DNA of 64,000 nt from Eubacterium sp. (GTDB lineage: Bacteria > Bacillota > Clostridia > Lachnospirales > Lachnospiraceae). The DNA lies in contig JAETSX010000003.1 of NCBI GenBank assembly GCA_021769425.1, positions 69,678 through 133,677 of the forward strand. The letters are read 5' to 3'. Made by a program: the position numbers and the translations under genes. The notes under the pieces were generated by a model that saw only the letters and a list, made by a program, of their open reading frames with translations, was not told the DNA's origin and did no database searches. Every line of letters starts with the position of its first letter. Positions within the stretch are counted from its first letter, which is position 1. This document shows positions 44,656 to 53,538 of the stretch, piece after piece.

Positions 44656-46134
44656 ATGGTAAAAGTTACTAAAAAAGAATTTATTAATAGTTCTTTATGG
44701 AAGATAATCGAACAGTTTTCTACAAAGGGGATATCGCTACTCTTTTCTATTATTCTTACTAGATTGTTATCACCTAGTTCGTATGGTTTGATTGCATTAA
44801 CAGCTGTGTTTACAAATCTTTCTGATATTTTAATAGATGGTGGGTTTAGCACTGCTTTAATCAGAAAAAAAGAAGTGGATGATTGTGATTTTTCATGTGT
44901 TTTGGTTGTTAGTCTTTCAATCGCTACAGTTTTATATATTGTAATGTTTATTTTGGCACCGACAATTTCTGTGTATTATAAAGAACCTCAGCTTACATCT
45001 GTCTTGCGGATCATAGGCCTGATGCTTTTTATTCAGGCGTTTTCAGCAGTAAGAACAGCAATAGTGAATCGTAATATGCAGTTTAAATTGTTATTTCGTT
45101 GCAACCTTCTTGGTACTGTGGTATCGGGAATTATCGGTGTGATTGCAGCTAGCTTGGGATTAGGTGTTTGGGCTTTGGTATTACAACGGTTATTGCAACT
45201 GGCATTATCAATTTTATTTTTGGCCCTGAAAATGAACTTTAAAATAAAATTTCATTTTGATTTTATACGCTTGAAGGAAATAATGAAATTTAGTATAGGA
45301 GTGGTAGGAGCATCGTTAATTAACTATTTAAGCAGCAGTTTTTATAGTTTGTTAGTTGGAAAAAAGTATTCGGTAATTGATTTAGGATATTCCGATAAGG
45401 GTGCCCAATTACCGACACAGGTGTCTTTATATACGTTTGGAGCAATGTCCAGCGTTTTACTGCCAACTTTGGCATCTTATCAATCAGATATTCCTACAGT
45501 AAAAAAGGTAGTGCGGAAAGTGTTTCAAATGACAAGCTATTTGATAGCTCCAATGATGGTAGGTCTTGCACTTGTTTCAGAGGAAGTAATTGTCATTTTA
45601 TTTACAGATAATTGGCTTCCGGCTGTTCCGATTATGCAGGCAAATTGTTTGTACTATTTAGCGACGCCATTTATGCTGATTAGTGTACAGGTTTTTTATG
45701 CCTTAGGGTATAGCAGGTCGAGAGTGAAAACCGAATTGGTACGTATGGTATTTCAGGTAGTTGGGGTAACTACTTTTGGACTTATAATCGGTTGTAATAT
45801 TGGACAGTTGGCCTGGGTTATTGCGGTTGTAGCTGTACTATCGGCTATAGTAACTTTTTTAGAAGTTAGGACAATGATTGGATATAAAATAGTTGAATGT
45901 TTAAATGATATATATTTGCCAATTCTAGCAGCGATCGGAATGGGAATAGTAATAATCGTAATCGACAGGGAAATCATAACGAGATTTTCTTTTGAGTCTA
46001 ATATCTTGTCCCTGTTGCTTAAAGCAACATGTGGAGGTATAACTTATTTGATCCTTTCTATTATTTTTAAAATTAATGGATTCGATGAGATGAAATATAT
46101 ATTTGACAACGTAAAAAGGAGAAAAAATGAGTAA
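44656..46134 (+). CDS. wzx: Wzx-type oligosaccharide flippase (Polysacc_synt / MOP family)
   Basis: FSTKGISLLFSIILTRLLSPSSYGLIALT opening and about 12-14 TMs. Confidence 0.75.
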   Translation: MVKVTKKEFINSSLWKIIEQFSTKGISLLFSIILTRLLSPSSYGLIALTAVFTNLSDILIDGGFSTALIRKKEVDDCDFSCVLVVSLSIATVLYIVMFILAPTISVYYKEPQLTSVLRIIGLMLFIQAFSAVRTAIVNRNMQFKLLFRCNLLGTVVSGIIGVIAASLGLGVWALVLQRLLQLALSILFLALKMNFKIKFHFDFIRLKEIMKFSIGVVGASLINYLSSSFYSLLVGKKYSVIDLGYSDKGAQLPTQVSLYTFGAMSSVLLPTLASYQSDIPTVKKVVRKVFQMTSYLIAPMMVGLALVSEEVIVILFTDNWLPAVPIMQANCLYYLATPFMLISVQVFYALGYSRSRVKTELVRMVFQVVGVTTFGLIIGCNIGQLAWVIAVVAVLSAIVTFLEVRTMIGYKIVECLNDIYLPILAAIGMGIVIIVIDREIITRFSFESNILSLLLKATCGGITYLILSIIFKINGFDEMKYIFDNVKRRKNE

Positions 46135-47284
46135 CATCTTATGCGTATATGAAGAGGAAATGATAACTGTTAGTATTTTGAGAGAAATATTTGAAAAAAT
46201 GTTCTCTGAAACGTCTATAAGATATGATTTTAAGGCTGGAAGATCAATTTTACCAGAAGATATAGACGAGGCAAATGTATTGTTTTTAATTCGTTCTCAA
46301 GATTTTCTTTCGCGAAAATTAGTGGAGAAAGCCCAAAAGAGTGGTTGTTTTGTTGCTTTATTTATCGATGATGACCTGTTTTCTTTGCCTAAGGATATGC
46401 CGTCTATACCATGGAGAAAGAAAGTATTACAGAAAAATTTGGAGCATGCAGATATGTTACTATCTTCTAGTCCTTATATATGTAAATTATATGAAGAAAA
46501 AACAAGACAAAGGCGAAGTGCAAATCTTCCGACGATTGTATCAGAAGAGGAACTTGCCCTTGCTTTAAGGAAACGTGAAAAAAAGGATTGTGTAAAATTG
46601 GTATATGCAGCAGGAAAGGGGCATGAGGAGTTTTTCATGAAGCATATTTATCCTATACTTCCAGAGCTAGACAGAAAATATGGGAAACAAATATCGATAA
46701 CTTTTGTAGGGGTACGTCCTGAAATATGTCAGGAAGATTATCTATTCGAGGTAAATTATATTAAATGTATGCCTCTGAAAAAATACAGGCAGTTTATGAG
46801 AGAGATGAATTATGATATAGGCCTTGCCCCTCTGGAAAATAATTCTTTTAACAAATGTAAATATTTTAACAAATATATTGAATATTCCTTGGTAGGGGTT
46901 ATAGGGATTTATAGCAAGTGCAAGCCATATACTTACGTGATTAAAGAGGAGAAAAATGGTTTTTTTGCTGATGATAATGAGGAAAGCTGGCTAAATGCAA
47001 TTTGTAAAGCCATAGATTCTGAAGAGTTAAGAAAGCGTTGTTTGGTAAATGCCATAAATCAGTTGCGGTCAGAGTTTAATCCTCTAAAGGTTCGAGAAGA
47101 TTTTTTACGTAATATGCCGGAAGTATTTAGAAAAAAGGAAAGTGGTTGGAGATGTAATACTCTGTTTAGAGCTCATGTTGTGAATAAATTATACCGATTG
47201 GCTGATACAATTTATCTATTTATGTTTTACTTGAGGCGGATAGGAATAATTGGTGTTTTCAAAAGGCTACAAGAGTGCAAATAA
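46127..47284 (+). CDS. Putative glycosyltransferase, tandem paralogue 1
   Basis: NKCKYFNKYIEYSLVGVIGIYSK...EEKNGFFADDNEESWLNAICKAID resembles a GT-B C-terminal domain. It has a hydrophobic C-terminal helix. Confidence 0.35.
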   Translation: MSNILCVYEEEMITVSILREIFEKMFSETSIRYDFKAGRSILPEDIDEANVLFLIRSQDFLSRKLVEKAQKSGCFVALFIDDDLFSLPKDMPSIPWRKKVLQKNLEHADMLLSSSPYICKLYEEKTRQRRSANLPTIVSEEELALALRKREKKDCVKLVYAAGKGHEEFFMKHIYPILPELDRKYGKQISITFVGVRPEICQEDYLFEVNYIKCMPLKKYRQFMREMNYDIGLAPLENNSFNKCKYFNKYIEYSLVGVIGIYSKCKPYTYVIKEEKNGFFADDNEESWLNAICKAIDSEELRKRCLVNAINQLRSEFNPLKVREDFLRNMPEVFRKKESGWRCNTLFRAHVVNKLYRLADTIYLFMFYLRRIGIIGVFKRLQECK

Positions 47285-47353
47285 AAATATAGTGTGAAAG
47301 GAATTTACTTTTAGTGGGTTTAAATGTTTTAATCTTAAAGGTAGGGATAAAAA

Positions 47354-48544
47354 ATGAGCAATTTGTTATGTATCTATAAAAGAGAAATTCCAAGTGTTGG
47401 CATTTTAAGGAATATGTTTCAAGAGTTATTTGTATCAACTTCAGTAAAGTGTATTTTTAAGATGAGCAAAGCGGTTATGCGGAAGGATGTGGATAAGGCA
47501 GATGTTTTATTGCTAATAAGGCCTCAAGATGTACTTTCACTGAAAATTGCTGAAAAAGCAAAAAAAGTTGGCTGTTTTGTTATCTTTTATATGGATGATG
47601 ATATTTTTTTATTACCTGAAACATTACCTTCTATTCCTTGGAGAATAAAGGCATTGAAATATAGCTTAGACCTGTCTGATATAATTTTATCTTCCAGTCC
47701 ACGTATTTGTGCCAAATATAAAAGGATGACAAGAGAAAATCGCAGTGGGATTCTCCATACAGTTGTTTCTGAGGAAGAGTTAGCGCTTGTCCCGGAAAAG
47801 GAACAAGGCTGTAAATGTGTGAAATTAGTTTATGCAGCGGGCAGTAGCCATGAAGAACTTTTTATGAAATATATTTTTCCCATTTTATCTATCTTAGATA
47901 AGAAATATGGCAGGCAGATATCATTATCTTTTGTCGGGATACATCCGCAAATAGATTTGGATGAGTTTTCTTTTGAAGTGAATTTTTACAAGGGTTTGCC
48001 CTTGATGGAATACAGAAAGTTTATGAGGGAAAAAAACTTTGATATAGGACTGTCTCCCATAAAAAATGATTCTTTTAGCAAATGTAAATATTTTAATAAA
48101 TATATAGAGTATACGTTGGTTGGTATTACAGGAGTTTATAGTAATTGTGAACCGTATACGTATGTGATAAAAGATGGTGAAAATGGTTTTCTGGCTGATG
48201 CGACGGAAGAAAGCTGGCTCAATGCAATATGTAAGGCGATAGATCAAGAGAAAGTAAGAAATCAATGTTTAAAGAATGCACTATATCAATTAAAGTCGGA
48301 GTTTAATGATGATAAAATCAGGGATGAGCTTTTACAGAATGTTCCGGAACTAAAGAAAAAAAGTAAAAAAGAGAGTAGATGTTCATCGTTATTTTTTGCG
48401 CATGTTTTGTATCATATTTTTAGTTTAGCAGATATAATTTATTTAGGGGTATTTTATATGATGCGAATTGGCTGGAGCGGGGTAGTGCAAAAAGTAAAAG
48501 ATCATATACTTGATAATAAAATTAATCAAAAAATTTCTATATAA
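47354..48544 (+). CDS. Putative glycosyltransferase, tandem paralogue 2
   Basis: Collinear with the previous ORF: MSNLLCIYKREIPSVGILRNMF vs MSNILCVYEEEMITVSILREIF, and SKCKYFNKYIEYTLVGITGVYS. Confidence 0.35.
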   Translation: MSNLLCIYKREIPSVGILRNMFQELFVSTSVKCIFKMSKAVMRKDVDKADVLLLIRPQDVLSLKIAEKAKKVGCFVIFYMDDDIFLLPETLPSIPWRIKALKYSLDLSDIILSSSPRICAKYKRMTRENRSGILHTVVSEEELALVPEKEQGCKCVKLVYAAGSSHEELFMKYIFPILSILDKKYGRQISLSFVGIHPQIDLDEFSFEVNFYKGLPLMEYRKFMREKNFDIGLSPIKNDSFSKCKYFNKYIEYTLVGITGVYSNCEPYTYVIKDGENGFLADATEESWLNAICKAIDQEKVRNQCLKNALYQLKSEFNDDKIRDELLQNVPELKKKSKKESRCSSLFFAHVLYHIFSLADIIYLGVFYMMRIGWSGVVQKVKDHILDNKINQKISI

Positions 48545-48553
48545 TCAAAAAGT

Positions 48554-48583
48554 TGCTGCTTGCTAGAAATTAGGCAAGCAGCA
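48554..48583. terminator. Hairpin between convergent operons (bidirectional terminator candidate)
   Basis: 10-bp perfect stem tgctgcttgc/gcaagcagca with a 10-nt loop. Confidence 0.55.
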
Positions 48584-48609
48584 GTATTAATTAAACAATA
48601 CAGCGTTAG

Positions 48610-50013
48610 TTAAACAAAAACAATGAATCCCAGTACATTACTATTCTGTTCATTAGCCAAAGTTAATTCATTAGCTATCTCTTCATAAATAGACTGTCCT
48701 TTTTGTTCGATGAAAAGAAGGTTTCCAATTTCTGTTCCCTCCTTCAGAGATTCCACATTATAATATATACTTTCTCCATCTTTTACTTTTACATTTTGAT
48801 TGGATAATTCTTGTTTCAAAATGTTTAATGTTTCTGTATCTGCATTCTCATATTCACTACCTGTCATATAAATATTTTCAATTCCCTGTTGTTTGCAGGA
48901 AAGAGCAATATTTGCGGCTGCTACACTTATTTGTTGTTTTGGCGTTAAGTACTTTTTTTTGCGGTTTTTTAGGGATAATAATTTATCATCTATTACGGAC
49001 AAAAAGGCTCTCTTTTTGGGTGGAATATACACTTCTCCAAAAAGACGTGCTTTATAGATTGTACGAATTTCTTCTGAATTCTGGAGTTTTGATGCAAACA
49101 TCATTTTGCAGGCTATCCAGATACACAGAATAATAATACCCAAAAAAGCCCCCATAATTACATATTTCAAATTTAATCCTGGTTTTAAGATTTGTAAATC
49201 AGCTGTATTAGCATTCGATTTCTGCTCTTCTTCTAAATAAGCCAATTGCTGTTCATTCATATTTGCTTTCAAATTATTAAGTTGAGCAGCAAATGTTGCA
49301 ATATTTCCGGAAATCTGATTTTTTCTGTCTATCAATGTATTATCTACAATTACTTTTTGTGACTCCATCAACAATTTTAATTTATGTGCGCCTATCTCCT
49401 GAAATTCAGTTTCTTTTTTTTGAAGTTGCTTTTTAATAATTTTTGTTATGGAGCTTATTTTCTTTTCGTCTGGATAGGTTACCCTGATTAAAATGGAATT
49501 TTGACTTTGAGTGACTGACCATAATTCGTTAAGGCTTGCCTGGTTTACCGATAATTTTCCTTCTTCTATAACTATACTGCTTAATTCTCCGCTCTGAATA
49601 TAATTACAGTACATTGTAATTAAGTCGTTAGAATAATCATTTTTGTTTTCTTCTGTAAAGTTAAAGGTATAATCGGAATCTACATAGTACTGTAATTCTG
49701 TTATTGGCTTTTCATAAAGATTCATTTGCATCAAAGGAGAGGATGATAGATAATTTTTGTATTCGTCTATGCGGGCCATCAAAATTTTTACATTGTTTAT
49801 TTGCTGCATTTCAGTTTCAGACAGTTCTATGTCTTTTTCTAAATTAACATTTTTAGCTTCACGATATTTTCGGTTGTCACTTAAATATTTTATGCCGCTG
49901 AGTATCAAAGCAAATATTATGCCAAAGCATAATATTTGACGCCAGCTCAAAAGGATTTTCCAGAACAATTCTATTAGATTCATTTCATCGTTTTTCATCG
50001 GATGTGTTTCCAT
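48610..50013 (-). CDS. Wzz/chain-length-determinant-like protein with a C-terminal cytoplasmic domain lacking a P-loop
   Basis: MNLIELFWKILLSWRQILCFGIIFALILSG (Wzz N-terminus), a coiled periplasmic-type segment, and a second TM YVIMGAFLGIIILCIWIACKMMF. A ~150-aa tail follows. ATG 50013 follows GGAGGT. Confidence 0.55.
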   Translation of the reverse strand: METHPMKNDEMNLIELFWKILLSWRQILCFGIIFALILSGIKYLSDNRKYREAKNVNLEKDIELSETEMQQINNVKILMARIDEYKNYLSSSPLMQMNLYEKPITELQYYVDSDYTFNFTEENKNDYSNDLITMYCNYIQSGELSSIVIEEGKLSVNQASLNELWSVTQSQNSILIRVTYPDEKKISSITKIIKKQLQKKETEFQEIGAHKLKLLMESQKVIVDNTLIDRKNQISGNIATFAAQLNNLKANMNEQQLAYLEEEQKSNANTADLQILKPGLNLKYVIMGAFLGIIILCIWIACKMMFASKLQNSEEIRTIYKARLFGEVYIPPKKRAFLSVIDDKLLSLKNRKKKYLTPKQQISVAAANIALSCKQQGIENIYMTGSEYENADTETLNILKQELSNQNVKVKDGESIYYNVESLKEGTEIGNLLFIEQKGQSIYEEIANELTLANEQNSNVLGFIVFV

Positions 50014-50073
50014 TAATATTACCTCCATACATGTCATATTTAGTGTTTGTATCTAATATTTGTTTATAAATAT

Positions 50074-50245
50074 AATCACACAAACGTTACATCACGCATT
50101 AAGCAACATTTGTGTGATTGCTATATTTACTTTCTTTTGTATTTGATACTAATTTTAGAGATACAAAAGAAACAGCAAGTGATTTTGTTGTTTGTGCAAC
50201 AATTTATTAGTTTATAAGAAATCTCTAACAAACTAATAAATTGTT
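50074..50245. promoter_or_regulatory. Three consecutive perfect stem-loops in the GNAT-to-Wzz-like intergenic region
   Basis: Stems of 11 bp (50074-84/50109-19), 12 bp (50131-42/50161-72) and 16 bp (50198-213/50230-45). Confidence 0.6.
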
Positions 50246-50253
50246 AAATAGTT

Positions 50254-50766
50254 TCAATCTAAACATAGTGAATTACGGGTTATTTCTATATTGAACATAT
50301 CGTCTTGCTCGCCAACGATGGAAAAGCCTACGCGCTGATCCACCTTGATAATTCTTCCATTAGATTTTAATATTTCTCCTTTAATTTTATTTAGCTTTAA
50401 TACTTCAAAGCCAAATAGGCAAACTGCTTTCGTGGCTTCCGTTCCAATTCCTTTTTCAGGAGCTTTTTCCTTATCAACGACAACTCTCCCAAATTCTGAA
50501 ATTTTGTTCTCCCAATCAATATCGTATAGAGCTATTGCGCCAATAAATTCTTTTGGCTTATCTTTTTTCACAATTTTAAACATAATGTCGTTTTCTTTTT
50601 TTAAATATGACTCAAACCATATGTCTTGATCTTCTTTTTTGATTTCCTGGTGGGTTGCAAAATATTCTTTTTCTTGGTTTCGAAGCAAACGAAGAAGTTC
50701 AATATCTTCTTTTTCTAATGGTTTTAGGCGAATTCTTTTAAAATCGAACTCAAATTCATGTTTCAT
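50254..50766 (-). CDS. GNAT-family N-acyltransferase (RimJ/RimL-like)
   Basis: IGAIALYDIDWENKISEFGRVVVDKEKAPEKGIGTEATKAVCLFGFEVLKLNKI is a GNAT core. Confidence 0.65.
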   Translation of the reverse strand: MKHEFEFDFKRIRLKPLEKEDIELLRLLRNQEKEYFATHQEIKKEDQDIWFESYLKKENDIMFKIVKKDKPKEFIGAIALYDIDWENKISEFGRVVVDKEKAPEKGIGTEATKAVCLFGFEVLKLNKIKGEILKSNGRIIKVDQRVGFSIVGEQDDMFNIEITRNSLCLD

Positions 50767-50788
50767 TTTATATTTACCTTTCTAACAT

Positions 50789-51181
50789 TTAAGGCAGCTT
50801 TACTAGTGCTTCGCCCTCAATAACAATTCCATTTTTTGTACTTTTAATTGTTGTTAATAATTTAGCCTTATTGTTTTCTAATAGTTCTACTAATTCAACA
50901 CGGATTTTTAAGTATTCTCCTATATAAACTGGCCGTTTAAATTTTAAATTTTGCTGCATATATATTGTTCCGTTTCCTGGAAATTTTGTTCCGATGATTG
51001 TTGAAATATAAGAAGCACTTAACATTCCATGGGCGATTCTTTGCCCAAAGATACTTTCCTTTGCATAGGTATTGTCCATATGCAAGGGGTTATAATCACC
51101 TGAAAGTTCTGCAAATTTTTCAATATCATCAGAACTTATCTGTTTGTCCATTTCAAAATATTGACCTATTTGAAATCCCAT
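50789..51181 (-). CDS. MaoC-like hot-dog (R)-specific enoyl-CoA hydratase
   Basis: The hydratase motif GDYNPLHMDNTYAKESIFGQRIAHGML. Confidence 0.7.
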   Translation of the reverse strand: MGFQIGQYFEMDKQISSDDIEKFAELSGDYNPLHMDNTYAKESIFGQRIAHGMLSASYISTIIGTKFPGNGTIYMQQNLKFKRPVYIGEYLKIRVELVELLENNKAKLLTTIKSTKNGIVIEGEALVKLP

Positions 51182-51213
51182 TTCTTACTCCTTGTAACAA
51201 ATTATTATATTAT

Positions 51214-52350
51214 TTAATTTTTCTCAATAAATTTTATTACTTCATCACAGATTTTTTGTATATCTTCATATGTTAAATAAAGATTCATTGGTAGAGAAAG
51301 GGTGTGTTCACTTACATAATCAGAAAATGGGCATGTACCTTTTGCGTAATTATACATAGCGTAATTGATATTACTTGAATAGTGAACTCCTGGGAATATT
51401 TCCGCAGCATTTAAAGCAAGCATTAATTCATTACGATTTTCTACGCAAATCTGAAATAAATGATAAGAACTTTCACAACCGTTTTCAATTGGAACTAATT
51501 TTATTTTTTCTTTATATTTTTCAAATCTTTCTGTGTACCAATGTGCTAACTGGCGTCTATACGCATTGTCACGGTCTAAATATTTTAATTGCACTAACCC
51601 AATTGCAGCCATAATTGAGTTTCCATGGCCCTTTTCACCGACATATTCAACATCATATTTCCATTTATAATTTCCCATATTCTGTGTACGTGCATAAGTA
51701 TCCTTATTAATTCCTAACCATGCTTTTTTACGAACAATTTCATCAAATTTTCCATTTTTAAAACAGATCATCCCGCTATCAGCAGTTGGAAGATTCTTTA
51801 CAGCTTGAAAAGAATATACAACCACTTCTGCATCACCTCCAGGAATTTCTCCTTTGTATCGGGTTCCTGCCATATGTGCAGCGTCTAAAATTAATTTTAA
51901 ATTATTTTGTTTACAAATATTAACAATTTCATGATAATGTCCCATATTACCTCCAAGGCCTACATACATCACAGCACGGGTTCTATCTGTGATATGGGCT
52001 GATACGGATTCAGGAGTTAAGCACATAGTTTCATCAATATCTGCGAATACAGCTTTCATATGGGACTTCAAAATGGCGTGGTTAGAAGACACAAAAGTAA
52101 TTGGTGTAGTAATGATCTCATCTTCATCTGCCCAATTATATTGTTCTTTTAGAATGTCTATTGCCATATACAGTCCTATGGTAGAAGAATTTAAATAATG
52201 TGCAAAGGGAAGTCCCGTATATGCTTTCCAAGCATTTTCGAATTCAATTGTTTTAAACCCCAATCCAGTCCAACCGACCTCTAAACATTCTTTAATCTGT
52301 TCTAAACATTCATCAACCTCATACTTTGCTTTAAATAATTGAATTGCCAT
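51214..52350 (-). CDS. DegT/DnrJ/EryC1/StrS-family nucleotide-sugar aminotransferase
   Basis: The PLP-lysine region VVYSFQAVKNLPTADSGM, and DAAHMAGTRYKG. Confidence 0.75.
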   Translation of the reverse strand: MAIQLFKAKYEVDECLEQIKECLEVGWTGLGFKTIEFENAWKAYTGLPFAHYLNSSTIGLYMAIDILKEQYNWADEDEIITTPITFVSSNHAILKSHMKAVFADIDETMCLTPESVSAHITDRTRAVMYVGLGGNMGHYHEIVNICKQNNLKLILDAAHMAGTRYKGEIPGGDAEVVVYSFQAVKNLPTADSGMICFKNGKFDEIVRKKAWLGINKDTYARTQNMGNYKWKYDVEYVGEKGHGNSIMAAIGLVQLKYLDRDNAYRRQLAHWYTERFEKYKEKIKLVPIENGCESSYHLFQICVENRNELMLALNAAEIFPGVHYSSNINYAMYNYAKGTCPFSDYVSEHTLSLPMNLYLTYEDIQKICDEVIKFIEKN

Positions 52351-52377
52351 TTTTATTCCTCCTAGTAAAAGTTTTCA

Positions 52378-53265
52378 TTAATATATAAGTTTACCATTAG
52401 CCACATTTAACAAATGTTGACCATATGGTGATTTTCCATATCTATGAGCCGATAACAATAAATTTTCTTTATCAATCCAACCCTTTTGGTAGGCAATTTC
52501 TTCCGGTGCTGAGATCTTAATCCCTTGACGTTTTTCGATCATTTGAACAAAATTTGATGCTCCGATTAAACTATCCATTGTTCCTGTATCAAGCCAGGCA
52601 AATCCACGCCCTAAGACAATGCCTTTTAATGCGCCATGCTGCAAATATAAGTCATTGAGTGTAGTGATTTCTAATTCTCCACGGGCAGATGGTTTTACTT
52701 GCTTTGCAAAATTTGTTACCCGGTTATCATAAAAATATAACCCAGTAATACAATAATTGCTTTTAGGATATTTGGGTTTCTCTTCCACAGATACAACTTG
52801 ATTTGTTTTTTCATTAAATTCCATAATTCCAAATCGTTCTGGGTCATTGACATAATAACCAAATATAGTTGCATTTCCTTTTTCTGCGTTTTGGACGGCT
52901 TTTAGAAGTTTGTCTTTTAATCCGCTGCCATAGAAGATATTGTCACCTAAAATTAATGAACAAGTGTCATTTCCTATGAAATTCTCCCCTAATAAGAATG
53001 CTTGAGCCAAGCCATCAGGAGAAGGCTGCGCTTTATAGGATAGAGAGATGCCATATTGGTTACCGTCACCTAACAAATTTTGAAAGTTAGGAAGATCTGT
53101 TGGTGTTGAGATTATTAAAATATCTTTTATGCCTGCTAACATTAATGTTGACAAAGGATAGTAGATCATTGGTTTGTCATATACCGGTAAAAGTTGTTTT
53201 GAAGTTACCATTGTCAATGGATAAAGCCTTGTACCTGCTCCACCAGCTAAAATAATTCCTTTCAT
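52378..53265 (-). CDS. rmlA: Glucose-1-phosphate thymidylyltransferase
   Basis: [46 protein letters not shown] is near-canonical RmlA. Confidence 0.9.
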   Translation of the reverse strand: MKGIILAGGAGTRLYPLTMVTSKQLLPVYDKPMIYYPLSTLMLAGIKDILIISTPTDLPNFQNLLGDGNQYGISLSYKAQPSPDGLAQAFLLGENFIGNDTCSLILGDNIFYGSGLKDKLLKAVQNAEKGNATIFGYYVNDPERFGIMEFNEKTNQVVSVEEKPKYPKSNYCITGLYFYDNRVTNFAKQVKPSARGELEITTLNDLYLQHGALKGIVLGRGFAWLDTGTMDSLIGASNFVQMIEKRQGIKISAPEEIAYQKGWIDKENLLLSAHRYGKSPYGQHLLNVANGKLIY

Positions 53266-53538
53266 CTAAAACCTCCTTATTTCCTAAATTAAGTCCTTTA
53301 AATCACGACATCGTTTGAATTTTGGTGTTATTTAAAAATTAGGCCAAATTATATAAAATTATCTTATTTATGAAGTTGTAATGAAATCTATTATTTCTTA
53401 ATACTACCATTTTCCATAGAACAAATCAAGTGATTTTTATTTCATATTAAATGTTGCATTGCAAGCAGTTTAAAGAAAAAATAAATTTATTAAAAATATT
53501 TAAAAGTAATTACACAGTATTATAGGGATATGTTAAAG

